Shown: piece by piece, positions 40,274 through 50,488 of the stretch
Numbering within the stretch: the first letter of the stretch is position 1
Layout of the letters: each line of letters opens with the position of its first letter
Virus record (IMG/VR): IMGVR_UViG_3300036770_005357
Source: a virus
Taxonomy: Duplodnaviria; Caudoviricetes
Strand: one strand, 5' to 3'
DNA length: 64,000 nucleotides
Notes under the pieces: model-generated
Told to the model about the DNA's origin: nothing
Databases searched by the model: none
What the model saw: only the letters and a program-made list of their open reading frames with translations
Position numbers and translations under genes: made by a program

Positions 40274-40298
40274 ATCTATAAATATATAAATATTAAAA

Positions 40299-40322
40299 AA
40301 CCCGTCACGAATATGACGGGTT
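40299..40322 (-). terminator. intrinsic terminator after hsp20
   Basis: AACCCGTCA-CGAATA-TGACGGGTT with a T6 run on the minus strand. Confidence 0.8.
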
Positions 40323-40347
40323 AACATAACACTTTATTCCTACAAAA

Positions 40348-40824
40348 TTACTTAATAGTAACTTTCTTTGATGGTGGCACTGTTGGTTTTACCTTTTTAA
40401 GAGTAACTGTTAACAGACCATTCTCAAATTTAGCACTTGGTTCATTTTTATCAATAACTTCACCAAGTATAAAGCTTCTCTTAAAGCTACTGTGTTTAAG
40501 TTCTCTACGAATGTATTTACCATCGTTGTTCTTATCATCAAGTTTCTTTACCTTTTGTCCGCTAATAGTAAGTACATCATCTTGTACTTCTACATCTACC
40601 TCATCCTTGGACAAACCGGGAATTTCTGCTTGAATTTCAACACGGTCGTTATAGTCAACAACATCTACACGGGGATAACTTTGCTTTTCAAAAAAGCCTA
40701 CACCAAATTCTTTGGTTAGTTCTGGAAAAGCTGTGTTAAAGACTTCATCAAAAACACGATCAAACGGAGTTAAGAATTGTTCGCGTGCTGCGAATGCATT
40801 TGGATTATATCTAACAATACTCAT
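40348..40824 (-). CDS. hsp20: small heat-shock protein (Hsp20/alpha-crystallin)
   Basis: PRVDVVD...AEIPGLSKDEVDV...LTISG...SFKRSF...AKFENGLLTVTL. Confidence 0.96.
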   Translation of the reverse strand: MSIVRYNPNAFAAREQFLTPFDRVFDEVFNTAFPELTKEFGVGFFEKQSYPRVDVVDYNDRVEIQAEIPGLSKDEVDVEVQDDVLTISGQKVKKLDDKNNDGKYIRRELKHSSFKRSFILGEVIDKNEPSAKFENGLLTVTLKKVKPTVPPSKKVTIK

Positions 40825-40954
40825 ATATTTACCTTTCTTTTAATAGTTAAGTTATTAACCTATTAACCTTGTAGCCCCACTCGGGCACTACAGTAGATGA
40901 CATAACTTACATCATCTGAAAATATATATTACTCAAAAAACAAAAAATGTCAAA

Positions 40955-42874
40955 TTAAAATGGATTTGAAGTACCACCTAATTGTGTTAAATTAATATAG
41001 GAACCCAAAGAATTATCATTTTTTCTCAGAAAGTAAATATAGAATGATGATAAACCGTATATAGAGTTCGAAACGGTGACATTATAAGTACCACTGAATT
41101 GATTATCATTGCATAAATTAGCTTGTATTGGTGATGTTGTAATTTGAGTCCATGTTAATGTCAAAACAACGCCATTTACAGTTATGGATGACGGTAATAT
41201 ACATCCGGTTAAAGGAAGTGCATCAACAATTGATGTACTATATAATTTATCGGAATATATGCCGTATGAATTTGATATAATAGTATTAAGCTTTGTCTTG
41301 GATGTTTGCCATGTATCCGTGTTTGTGGCTGTATAATAAACATTTCCTACATTACTTGCTTGTGAAATTATAAATGGAGATGGTACGCCTATTAAACATG
41401 AATTTTTATCGAAGATTGCACGTATTTCGGAAGTCTGGCTATTTGGTGTATAACCTACAGTTGAGGGTAAAGAAAAATTAACATTGGTTTTAAGTATAAA
41501 TTTTGACGGTTGATATTGACTAACATTTTCACTTCCGAATCTTATACTTAATTTTTTTGATGATTTCGCGGGAATTGTAAAAGAATATGAAGGTAGTATT
41601 GTAATCGGTCCTAATAAACCTGGTGGAGATTCGTCAATCGGATCTTTCCAATCATTTTCTATCTCGACAGTCATGATATCATCATTATCATTTGTAATAG
41701 TAAAACTTCCACTATGTCTAATTTGTGAATAGGATGTGGGATTACATACTGGTTGAGCTTTTCCAGTTCCACAATCTAAATTTCCACAAACCGGTCCATT
41801 AATATAAATTGATGTAGGAAAATAACCAATTTTAGACGGTGAATTTGCGCAATTAGTACCGGTTACAGTTTGATTGGCAATAACATACAAATTTATTGTC
41901 CCAGAGGTTTTAGTATCTTCAAAAGAATAGTAATAGTCTATTACACTTCCAGCAACACTATGTGCATAAACCGATCCATTAAAAATATAATTTTTATTGA
42001 CATCTTGATAAATAAGTCCGTCAAAATATAAATTTCTATTTTTTTCGTTTGAATCTTTATATGTTAAAACCAATGTTAATACATTATTAGAAATTTTATA
42101 AATTTTTGGATTTTTAATAATATTTTCTAAATTTTTTATTATAGTGATAAGATCTAATTTTTGATTTAAATTTAAATTCGTATCATCATTTATCTCTTTT
42201 AGAAGTATCGACGCAGCTGCAGAGAATGAAACACTGTTGGATTTATAATAATAAGAATTATTTGTTACAACTGTATCGGTACACGTTCCAACAAACATAC
42301 TTGATGTAAACGCATTGGAAAGACAATCTTTTACAACTATTTTATATGAATTTGCATTTACTAAATCATAAAATTTGTATAAATTGTTCCCAGATTTCGT
42401 AAAAGAATAAACTTTTGTCCAACCACTGTCTACGATCGGCGTTGTAGTACCTGTTTTTGTATACAAAGTATATTTGTATATTTGGTCTTGATTATTTTGA
42501 GTTAAGAAATTATTTGTTCTAATTACACTCGGAGAAAAAGCAGTTGCAATTACGGATCCATCGCTTCCATCTATTTTAATTGATGCACTTAAATATGTTG
42601 CATTGTAAAATGAACTAAATCGTATTGGTGAATTTATCTTATAGTTTGTTAAAGAAGTTCCTACTGCGTTATTTTCATTTGTAGTTTGTGTATTTGTATA
42701 AGTGTCACCTGTTCTTTTTAAAATATCTGTTAACGAGGATGATAACGAAAAATTATCAGATGATAAAGATTTAAAATTTTCAATTAAGGAATTTATCGAA
42801 GAGCCGGAACTAAAATTTAAAGTCTCACTTTTAAAACAAATTGGCCCCAATTTATTAATTGCGTTAATCGGCAT
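40955..42874 (-). CDS. hypothetical virion protein (Ser/Thr/Asn-rich)
   Basis: 639-aa ORF downstream of the tail fibre genes. Confidence 0.7.
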   Translation of the reverse strand: MPINAINKLGPICFKSETLNFSSGSSINSLIENFKSLSSDNFSLSSSLTDILKRTGDTYTNTQTTNENNAVGTSLTNYKINSPIRFSSFYNATYLSASIKIDGSDGSVIATAFSPSVIRTNNFLTQNNQDQIYKYTLYTKTGTTTPIVDSGWTKVYSFTKSGNNLYKFYDLVNANSYKIVVKDCLSNAFTSSMFVGTCTDTVVTNNSYYYKSNSVSFSAAASILLKEINDDTNLNLNQKLDLITIIKNLENIIKNPKIYKISNNVLTLVLTYKDSNEKNRNLYFDGLIYQDVNKNYIFNGSVYAHSVAGSVIDYYYSFEDTKTSGTINLYVIANQTVTGTNCANSPSKIGYFPTSIYINGPVCGNLDCGTGKAQPVCNPTSYSQIRHSGSFTITNDNDDIMTVEIENDWKDPIDESPPGLLGPITILPSYSFTIPAKSSKKLSIRFGSENVSQYQPSKFILKTNVNFSLPSTVGYTPNSQTSEIRAIFDKNSCLIGVPSPFIISQASNVGNVYYTATNTDTWQTSKTKLNTIISNSYGIYSDKLYSTSIVDALPLTGCILPSSITVNGVVLTLTWTQITTSPIQANLCNDNQFSGTYNVTVSNSIYGLSSFYIYFLRKNDNSLGSYINLTQLGGTSNPF

Positions 42875-42875
42875 A

Positions 42876-44549
42876 TCATTTTATTTTTGATTTTAAATCA
42901 TCTAATTCGGCTTTTAAATCCTGTACAGATTTAATAAGAAGTGCAATCAACGAATTGTATTTTATAGTCTTGAATCCGGACATGTTTTCCTTAACAAACT
43001 CTGGATATATTTTCTCAACTTCTTGTGCGATTAAACCAAAATCGGATTGATTATTAGTAGACCACACAAATGAAACTGGATTTAGTGAAGAAACTTTGTC
43101 TATTGAATTTTCGATAGGCTTTATATTATACTTTAATCTTTCGTCTGAAGTTGCAAATGTAGAAAATGCTACTATGTCTCCTTTAACATCTAATTGGCCA
43201 CTACCACTTACTTTTAACAATTTAGTATAAGAACTTCCTGAAGTTATAAGAAATACATTTTCAAGAGGACGATATGTTTGAATAGTGCCGGCACCATCAA
43301 CATAATTAGATGGCCATCCTTTAGAACCACTTAGATGTACATGTAACTGTGCTTGAACACCGTAAGAGGCTCCAAAATGTCCAACGCTAACCAATCTTTG
43401 TCGAACTCCAAATGAAGTCCATCCACTAAATCCTGTTTTTTCTGCAGTATCAGGTCTCCAAAGTGCATCTTTTCCAAAAGCTAGAGACTCTCCTTGATTA
43501 ATTGATCCAGAATAGTAAATTGCAAAATTAGCGCCTGTTCTTATATAATTTGTAGAATATTGTAATCCAATATCATATGTGTATTGGTTTGATGTGGAAG
43601 CTGAAAATTGTATTAAATGAGTTCCTACATAGTTATTTGTCCATAATGGTCTATAAAGAACATTTCTACCTGTAGAACCTGGCCATCCTGCCGCGCCACC
43701 AGAATCGGGAACTGATGTAACACTATTTCTTCTAAAATAATCATTTCCAGCTAATATATCAGGAGTACTCCAATATGTAGAATAATTGGCTGTACCGGTA
43801 CCTGTTGGATTTCCTACAGATAAATTGGTAATAAGAGAAACATCTGCGTTTTTAGCCCAACTTGAAGTACCATAAAATGCAGCTTTTTGTGAAGAATTAA
43901 ATTTATTTGATGCACTTATATAACCTCTAAAACTACCAGTTAAACTTCCTGTTAAGTTCGAATTTTTACTTAAAATTTTACCAAAATAACTCCCACTGAA
44001 ACTACCTGTTAATTTCGCGTTTTTACTAATTAATGCACCAAATGTACTTCCACTAAAACTACCAGTTGATTTTCCGATAAAACTGCCCGTTAAACTGCCT
44101 TTAAAACTGCCTGTTAATTTTGCATTTTTGCTAATTAATGTACCGAATGTACTTCCACTGAAACTGCCTGTTAATTTTGCAGTTTTACTAATTAATGTAC
44201 CGAATGTACTTCCACTGAAACTGCCTGTTAATTTTGCAGTTTTACTAAGTAAAAACCCTTGCATACTTCCACTAAAACTACCGCTCGATTTTCCTCGAAA
44301 ACTGCCTGAAAAACTACCTGTGAATTTACCAATTAATTTTGCCGATCCACTGAACGAACCAGTGAACGAACTTGTGATATTTGATAGATATTTTGCAATA
44401 TCACCAAATGTACTTCTTCTAGAATAAAGATCGTTTGACGATCCTGACTCGATTGTCAAAATAAAATCTTTTGTTGTTAGTGTAGAATATCTTACTAAAT
44501 CACTAACTTTAATTTGATTTACATTTATTACATTACATGTACTTGACAT
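42876..44549 (-). CDS. tail fibre protein with C-terminal intramolecular chaperone (peptidase S74-like) domain
   Basis: TSDERLKYNIKPI...LNPVSFVW...GLIAQEVE...IKYNSLIALLIKSVQDL; TGSFSGS repeats. Confidence 0.9.
   Translation of the reverse strand: MSSTCNVINVNQIKVSDLVRYSTLTTKDFILTIESGSSNDLYSRRSTFGDIAKYLSNITSSFTGSFSGSAKLIGKFTGSFSGSFRGKSSGSFSGSMQGFLLSKTAKLTGSFSGSTFGTLISKTAKLTGSFSGSTFGTLISKNAKLTGSFKGSLTGSFIGKSTGSFSGSTFGALISKNAKLTGSFSGSYFGKILSKNSNLTGSLTGSFRGYISASNKFNSSQKAAFYGTSSWAKNADVSLITNLSVGNPTGTGTANYSTYWSTPDILAGNDYFRRNSVTSVPDSGGAAGWPGSTGRNVLYRPLWTNNYVGTHLIQFSASTSNQYTYDIGLQYSTNYIRTGANFAIYYSGSINQGESLAFGKDALWRPDTAEKTGFSGWTSFGVRQRLVSVGHFGASYGVQAQLHVHLSGSKGWPSNYVDGAGTIQTYRPLENVFLITSGSSYTKLLKVSGSGQLDVKGDIVAFSTFATSDERLKYNIKPIENSIDKVSSLNPVSFVWSTNNQSDFGLIAQEVEKIYPEFVKENMSGFKTIKYNSLIALLIKSVQDLKAELDDLKSKIK
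44104..44248. repeat. 57-bp near-perfect tandem repeat (about 2.5 copies) encoding TAKLTGSFSGSTFGTLISK
   Basis: aaactgcctgttaattttgca recurs at 44104, 44161 and 44218. Confidence 0.9.
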
Positions 44550-44554
44550 AAGAT

Positions 44555-45088
44555 TTATTTCCAGACATAGATTTTAATCTGCCAATTTAGTTTATTTAAA
44601 GAAAATTCCGAAAAAGGCGTAGATTTTGGATAAACTTTTACTGAGGAAAATGATGACATTGAAACTTTAATGTCAGTCGTGCTCACAGATACTGTTGCAA
44701 AAGGTTTACTATCATTATTAAAACAACTATTTATATCTATTTCATTTGAAGATGAATAAGTACCATCGTTTGCATTACAATAAAGCACGGCACGAAACAT
44801 ACTTGGTACTGAGCTAAAATTATGTGTATAACTAAATACCCCACCACTTGTATAACTATTTAAATTATTAGTATCTGTACTTGAGAGAAAAGATGTAGAT
44901 GGAAATCCAGACAATCCATTATCTAAAATATAACTTCTTACACTACTCAAGCTTGAATTTCTTGAATATTTCGTACCACTAGTATTTTCAACTATCATTA
45001 AAATATCAGCATCTTTTAATGAAGTATAATTAGCTAATTGGCTTACTTTAATTAATTGAACATTTAAACTATTACAAGGTGTTGACAT
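44555..45088 (-). CDS. short tail-fibre-family protein
   Basis: N-terminus MSTPCNSLNVQLIKVSQL is paralogous to that of 42876..44549. Confidence 0.75.
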   Translation of the reverse strand: MSTPCNSLNVQLIKVSQLANYTSLKDADILMIVENTSGTKYSRNSSLSSVRSYILDNGLSGFPSTSFLSSTDTNNLNSYTSGGVFSYTHNFSSVPSMFRAVLYCNANDGTYSSSNEIDINSCFNNDSKPFATVSVSTTDIKVSMSSFSSVKVYPKSTPFSEFSLNKLNWQIKIYVWK

Positions 45089-45102
45089 ATTTTATAAATA
45101 TA

Positions 45103-47868
45103 TTAATTATCATAGTAGACAATAACATATGCTGTTAAATTATTTTCAGGTATACCAGCTGGAATTATATTTAAATTCATGGTAAGAGTTGTTAGTGATC
45201 TACCACCGAGGGAACCTTCAATTGTAAATGGAAGAACACTATTCGCACTTAAATTATAAGATGTTCCCCATCCTAAACTAGAAAATGTAGTAGAAGCCGG
45301 TAAAGGTGATGATTCGGCATTTACTGTTACACCTGCAATTTGATAATTATTTGTAGTCGGAGCTTTAATAGTTCCTGAAATTTTAAACCACCTTAATTTT
45401 TTGCCGGCCGGTATTACTAAAGGTTGTACGCGAGTTGGGCCTGATGGATCACCAATCGGTACAGGATAATTAGCTGCTGTTGATGGATTTGAAGTTGATG
45501 AACCGTCTCTAGTACCATAATTTACACTATTAAATAATTGAAATGGTAGCAAAGATGTATAACTGGATGTCATACTTGCTAAAGAATCACTTGATCTTAA
45601 TGAATAACTACTACTAACTGTGTGACTTCCTGTACCCCAAAAACTAACATTTTTACCATTTAATGTCCAACCTGTTCTTCCTCTAAAGGACCCTGTTGTG
45701 TATCCGGCAAAATTAGCATTTCCGGCTGCATAAATGTTACCACTTGAAGAAACTACAAATGTTTTTCTAGAATAAGTTGCATCACTTCCGGTACCATAGG
45801 TAACTAATATAGCACCGTGTTGGTGATTTACGGTTGCTGGATCTGTCCAGTTACCCGTTGAAATATTAGCGACACTTGCACTATATACATTAATATGCAA
45901 TCTTGCTTTTAATGGTGAATTCGTTGCCGGTGAATCGTTTAGTAAAGGAACACCAATTCCAATCGAACCATCTCTGGAAGGTGTCGAAACATTGTATCGA
46001 TCTGCCCAGAAATATACATTATTTCTGATTATTTTAAAAGAATTAATTAAAGATGATGCGTCTGCTCTATTACCAACACAAGCCGATTTATATATTTCAT
46101 TTGTAAAATTAAGAGAATTAATATTAGATTGTAGGAAAAAACTACCACTCTTTTCTGTAAATAAATCCCAATTTTCCGGACCAAATGAGCTAAATGTTTG
46201 ATAAAAAGGACTTGAAAATGGATATCTATTTAATAAGTTATTATTTACAGATAAAACTAAATGTGATTGGCCAATTCCATTCGTAGCTTTTGTATCTATG
46301 TTTAAATAATTTCTTCTTTGAACGGGACTTCCAGACAATTTTAAAAATCCGAATCCAGTATTTCCTCCAGCACCTCCCGACCAAGCTGGATACGGATAAT
46401 TCGGAAAAAATGTTAACTGATTATATTCAGGTGTATTTTCGAGATTTATACCATTATAATATGGTAAAGCATAAGTTTTATTATTAAATTGATTTATGAA
46501 TGATGCGGTTTTTGCTAAAATAGCTTGATTAGCTTGAAGTGCTGAATCAACAACACCTGCCACGCTCAAAGATGAAAGTGCATAAGAACTAGACATTGCT
46601 CTGTTAGCAAATGACGAGGTAAATGCATAACTACTTGAAAAAGATGAAAATTGTTTACCGTTTCTGGCATAACTAGCTGTACCATAAAATGTTGCTGTAT
46701 TAGGAACTCCGGTACCATTATCTAAAACAATTTGATTTAAATTAGATCTAATATCACCCGTTACATCACCCAAAACATTTCCTGTTAAATCACCTACTAC
46801 ATTACCTTCGACATCACCTTTGACATTACCTAATACATTACCCACAACTCTTTTTGCACACGAAGCTGTTAATGCATAACTAGAAGAAAATGAAGAAAAA
46901 TTTAATCCGTTTCTAGAATAAGAAGCAGTACCATAAAAACTTGATTTGTTAGCAGCGCCTGGTCCATTGTCCAAAACTTTATTACCAGTAGAACTATAAA
47001 CATCTCCAGTTAAATCGCCGGATACATTTCCAGAAACGGTTCCATTAACATTTCCAGTAAGATTTCCGATTATATCATCCAATCCTATAATATTATTAGC
47101 TGTTACAGTTGTGCCTGTTAAATTTCCTGTAACATTGCCTGTTAAATTACCTTCAAAACCATTTTTAGCTAAGATTTTAGATCCTGTAATTCTACTTGGT
47201 AGTGAATTGCCTATTACTGAATTATCAATTGTACCACCATTTATGTCGGCGTTGTTTATAATTGTATAGGCAACTGTTAAATTATTACCAATATCTACAT
47301 TGAAAAAATTACTATTACCTGTAGAATTTATATTTCCATTTACATCCCCTGTTAAATTTCCTACAAATGAATTTGCAAAAATAGTTTCAACTGTCACAGG
47401 AGTATTTATAACATTGAGTCCACTAGGATATCCTTGTATAGTAATCGAACTATTACTACCATTCCCAATTAACTGTAAAGAAGTACTACTTTTTTGTGTT
47501 TGATTTACAACAAAATTATTTACATAAGCTGTTAAATTTGTTACTACAGATGAATTTTGCCCGATTTCAAGATAATCGGTTACCTTTATTCTTTTAACAA
47601 TGTTGGGAATTGCTTGAGTTATTACAGAATAGTTATCAACTAAATTATTGATTGATCCTGTAAAAGAATTATTTGCACCTGTAAATTTTAAATCTGAAAA
47701 AGCGGTTATTACATTTGCTGCTTTAGTACAAAAACTAAGAACTGAAGATCTTTTTGTAGAATTGCTAGCAATGTTCTGAATAATTAATAAGTCTGAATTA
47801 CCGATATTATCCGAAGATAATGAAGGCAATTCTGGAACTGTTCTTCCTTGATTTGACAAAATTGGCAT
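45103..47868 (-). CDS. long tail fibre protein with G-[ND]-[LV]-x shaft repeats
   Basis: GNLTGNVTGNLTG and GNVLGNVKGDVEGNVVGDLTG; FYGTASY repeats. Confidence 0.8.
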   Translation of the reverse strand: MPILSNQGRTVPELPSLSSDNIGNSDLLIIQNIASNSTKRSSVLSFCTKAANVITAFSDLKFTGANNSFTGSINNLVDNYSVITQAIPNIVKRIKVTDYLEIGQNSSVVTNLTAYVNNFVVNQTQKSSTSLQLIGNGSNSSITIQGYPSGLNVINTPVTVETIFANSFVGNLTGDVNGNINSTGNSNFFNVDIGNNLTVAYTIINNADINGGTIDNSVIGNSLPSRITGSKILAKNGFEGNLTGNVTGNLTGTTVTANNIIGLDDIIGNLTGNVNGTVSGNVSGDLTGDVYSSTGNKVLDNGPGAANKSSFYGTASYSRNGLNFSSFSSSYALTASCAKRVVGNVLGNVKGDVEGNVVGDLTGNVLGDVTGDIRSNLNQIVLDNGTGVPNTATFYGTASYARNGKQFSSFSSSYAFTSSFANRAMSSSYALSSLSVAGVVDSALQANQAILAKTASFINQFNNKTYALPYYNGINLENTPEYNQLTFFPNYPYPAWSGGAGGNTGFGFLKLSGSPVQRRNYLNIDTKATNGIGQSHLVLSVNNNLLNRYPFSSPFYQTFSSFGPENWDLFTEKSGSFFLQSNINSLNFTNEIYKSACVGNRADASSLINSFKIIRNNVYFWADRYNVSTPSRDGSIGIGVPLLNDSPATNSPLKARLHINVYSASVANISTGNWTDPATVNHQHGAILVTYGTGSDATYSRKTFVVSSSGNIYAAGNANFAGYTTGSFRGRTGWTLNGKNVSFWGTGSHTVSSSYSLRSSDSLASMTSSYTSLLPFQLFNSVNYGTRDGSSTSNPSTAANYPVPIGDPSGPTRVQPLVIPAGKKLRWFKISGTIKAPTTNNYQIAGVTVNAESSPLPASTTFSSLGWGTSYNLSANSVLPFTIEGSLGGRSLTTLTMNLNIIPAGIPENNLTAYVIVYYDN

Positions 47869-47890
47869 AGTTATTACTAATAATTATAGT

Positions 47891-48610
47891 TTACACCATC
47901 TTTTTTAGTTTTTTTAATATAAATTTTACGAGACCACTTCTTACAATGTCGTCTTCGTCAAACTTAAATATAAATATGCCGTTCTGTCTACTTTCTTCAT
48001 CATCAAACAAATTCATTATAGAAACAAATCCACTTTTACCGTTTATATCGCTTTGATCTGGATCTCCACAAATATATAACTTACTAAATTCACCTACTCT
48101 TGTTATAAGCGTAACAAGTTCTTTCTTAGTCATATTTTGTGCTTCGTCTGCTACAATTACCTTAGCATTCCAGTTTAAACCTCTTAAAAAGTTAATTGGA
48201 AAACCATGAATTCTTTCTTCCTTTTTAAGTTTTTCTATATCCGATCGTTGTAATAATTCTTCCAGTTTATCAATAAGTGGTTGTATGTATGGACTCAATT
48301 TATCATCCATTTCGCCTGGCAAAAATCCTAATTTACTATCACTACTTTCTACAGCACTTCTTACATAAATTATTTCACTAACTCTTTTTTCGTTTATTAA
48401 ATGTAATCCCGCTAAAATCGAAGTAAATGTTTTTGATGTACCTGCTGGTCCGGATATAAAAACCATTTTAGTATCTTTATCTCTTAATGTTTTTAATAAT
48501 TCTACTTGTTTTGGTGTTAGTTCTCTATCATTTATCTTTATACAATCTTTAAGTTTATCATTTTGATGAATTTTTGGACTTGTGTCTCTTTTTTTGTTTT
48601 TCTTGCTCAT
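47891..48610 (-). CDS. phoH: PhoH-family ATPase
   Basis: GPAGTSKT, LGFLPGEM, FLRGLN, ADEAQN, LITRVGE, GDPDQSD, DIVRSGLV. Confidence 0.95.
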   Translation of the reverse strand: MSKKNKKRDTSPKIHQNDKLKDCIKINDRELTPKQVELLKTLRDKDTKMVFISGPAGTSKTFTSILAGLHLINEKRVSEIIYVRSAVESSDSKLGFLPGEMDDKLSPYIQPLIDKLEELLQRSDIEKLKKEERIHGFPINFLRGLNWNAKVIVADEAQNMTKKELVTLITRVGEFSKLYICGDPDQSDINGKSGFVSIMNLFDDEESRQNGIFIFKFDEDDIVRSGLVKFILKKLKKMV

Positions 48611-48905
48611 GTTTTTCTAATATTTTTTTTAGTTTACTAACACGATCGCAGAACTCATATTGTTCCGTTTCAACATAAAACTTAAATATATTTTCTATGT
48701 TGTCTTTAAATGAGGGGTATTCCAAAATAACAATAAAATCTGAATCTTTAAAACTAAATAATTCTACAGATGGAATATCGTTACTAACCGCATGTTGTAC
48801 AGCCGATACAACATGTTCTGTTAATTTTACTTTATTGTTGATGATAAAACTCTCCATTTCGTCATAGTCAGACGGCAAAACCAATGGAGTCAATAACTTA
48901 CTCAT
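48558..48905 (-). CDS. hypothetical protein
   Basis: 115-aa ORF preceded by TATTTAT. Confidence 0.75.
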   Translation of the reverse strand: MSKLLTPLVLPSDYDEMESFIINNKVKLTEHVVSAVQHAVSNDIPSVELFSFKDSDFIVILEYPSFKDNIENIFKFYVETEQYEFCDRVSKLKKILEKHEQEKQKKRHKSKNSSK

Positions 48906-48936
48906 TCGTAAATAAATAGTATTTAGAAAATAAAAA

Positions 48937-48958
48937 AGGCGTTACCGAAGTAACGCCT
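48937..48958 (-). terminator. intrinsic terminator with cUUCGg loop
   Basis: Minus strand AGGCGTTAC-TTCG-GTAACGCCT followed by TTTTT. Confidence 0.88.
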
Positions 48959-48979
48959 ACAATAGTATTGTTTACTATC

Positions 48980-49201
48980 TTACTTTTTAGTCTTATTTTT
49001 CTTAACCTTTTTAGACTCAACAGGTTTGTCTGGAGTTTGTGATGGAATCGGATTAGTTAGTTCTGCCAATCTAAACCTAGCAGTTGAACGCCAAGAATTC
49101 TTGGTTATATTTGATGCAAACTCATAGGACTTGCCTCTTTCCAAGAGTGTCTTGATCTCACTATCACTATTTGCTTTTCTAATTTGTTCTCGTAATCCCA
49201 T
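48980..49201 (-). CDS. small basic hypothetical protein
   Basis: 73-aa ORF. Confidence 0.7.
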   Translation of the reverse strand: MGLREQIRKANSDSEIKTLLERGKSYEFASNITKNSWRSTARFRLAELTNPIPSQTPDKPVESKKVKKNKTKK

Positions 49202-49203
49202 AA

Positions 49204-49374
49204 TTACTTACCTTTCACTTCAACAATTTCCAACTTACTACCATCTGGCCAACGAGTAATAATCTTGTGCCAATGATCATACTCGGTCTTAGCATCATCC
49301 CTTGAGATGTATTCTGAATCAGAAACCCTTGCACCATTCCTAATGACTACATACTTAACATTATTATTTGACAT
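49204..49374 (-). CDS. 56-aa hypothetical protein
   Basis: Read manually: MSNNNVKYVVIRNGARVSDSEY...WPDGSKLEIVEVKGK; its stop lies 2 nt before the next ATG. Confidence 0.7.
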   Translation of the reverse strand: MSNNNVKYVVIRNGARVSDSEYISRDDAKTEYDHWHKIITRWPDGSKLEIVEVKGK

Positions 49375-49493
49375 ATTGTCTATTTTTACTATTTGTTTTT
49401 TTAATAATTGGTAAAATATTAGTTGTGTAAGATTACCAGTCTTACATAAGTTAATTATACATACGAATTTGCGTTCGTCAAAACTTTTTTTTA

Positions 49494-49853
49494 TTATTCT
49501 AAATTTCTGTTATAAAATTCTACATTTTTGTGCTTGACAACACATTCCGGATACAAAATTTTATATTCATCCAATGATCTATTGTAGACTCTTACACCAC
49601 CAAAAGGATAACTTGGTTCACCAACATTGTAAAATGTAACTAAATAGATATCATGTGTTTCTGGATAATAAGCAGTTAATACTCTTCTTCCTTTTTCCAC
49701 AGACTTATCTAATTTTAATTCTTCCGGTATATTTTTAAAAACAAAATGTTGTGATCCACCTATTGTATAAAGTTTTTTAATAATAGTTAAATCTTTACTT
49801 AGTTTTGAAATTTCTCCGTCTACTTCAATTATTTTCTTTTTTAATTTCGCCAT
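49494..49853 (-). CDS. hypothetical protein
   Basis: 119-aa ORF. Confidence 0.7.
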   Translation of the reverse strand: MAKLKKKIIEVDGEISKLSKDLTIIKKLYTIGGSQHFVFKNIPEELKLDKSVEKGRRVLTAYYPETHDIYLVTFYNVGEPSYPFGGVRVYNRSLDEYKILYPECVVKHKNVEFYNRNLE

Positions 49854-49945
49854 AATATGATATTACTTTATAATAATTTATTAAACAATTAAAAATATTT
49901 TTTAAAATTTTTTTTAATATATATTAGAAAACTTACTAAAATACT

Positions 49946-50236
49946 ATGAGTGATGTTATTAAATTTACAGAAGAGGAAATGCAAGAAATTGCAGGTTTAC
50001 AAGCTAAATATCAACAAAAGATCTTTGAACTAGGTCAATTACAACTACAAGAAATTGATCTAGAACAAACAAAGAAAGCTTTTGCAGATAAGAAAACTGA
50101 ACTACTTGATTCTTGGAAAACTATTCAAAAGGAAGAAGAAACTGTTTTGAACAAGTTAGCTGCAAAATATGGTAATGGTAGCTTGAATCTACGAGATGGT
50201 ACTTTCAAAGCAGTTCCTCCAACCACAACCGCTTAA
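49946..50236 (+). CDS. small coiled-coil hypothetical protein
   Basis: 96 aa, followed by a terminator. Confidence 0.8.
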   Translation: MSDVIKFTEEEMQEIAGLQAKYQQKIFELGQLQLQEIDLEQTKKAFADKKTELLDSWKTIQKEEETVLNKLAAKYGNGSLNLRDGTFKAVPPTTTA

Positions 50237-50254
50237 TTAAATAAGTGCAAAATT

Positions 50255-50279
50255 AAAGCCGGTCTTAATGACCGGCTTT
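50255..50279. terminator. bidirectional terminator between convergent genes
   Basis: AAAGCCGGTC-TTAAT-GACCGGCTTT. Confidence 0.88.
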
Positions 50280-50284
50280 TTTGT

Positions 50285-50461
50285 TTATTGTGTTGAACTA
50301 GCTTCTTCAACAATTGCTTTAATCTCCGCTTCAATTTCCTTCATTTTTTCTTTATATCCAGCGGCTACATCCTTGAAATCTTTCTTTACATAAAGAAGCT
50401 TCTCGGTTAATTCATATACTTTTTGTTCTGCTTGTTGTTTTGTTAATTTGATATTACTCAT
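50285..50461 (-). CDS. 58-aa coiled-coil hypothetical protein
   Basis: Read manually: MSNINLTKQQAEQKVYELTEKLLYVKKDFKDVAAGYKEKMKEIEAEIKAIVEEASSTQ; ends at the terminator. Confidence 0.7.
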   Translation of the reverse strand: MSNIKLTKQQAEQKVYELTEKLLYVKKDFKDVAAGYKEKMKEIEAEIKAIVEEASSTQ

Positions 50462-50488
50462 AGTTTTGTTTATAGATATTTATTATAT

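Noticed and set aside
40860-40920. CIRCE operator upstream of hsp20
   Set aside because: Does not match TTAGCACTC-N9-GAGTGCTAA.
44104-44248. Possible CRISPR array
   Set aside because: Head-to-tail 57-bp repeats with no unique spacers, in frame within a tail fibre. No cas genes in the window.
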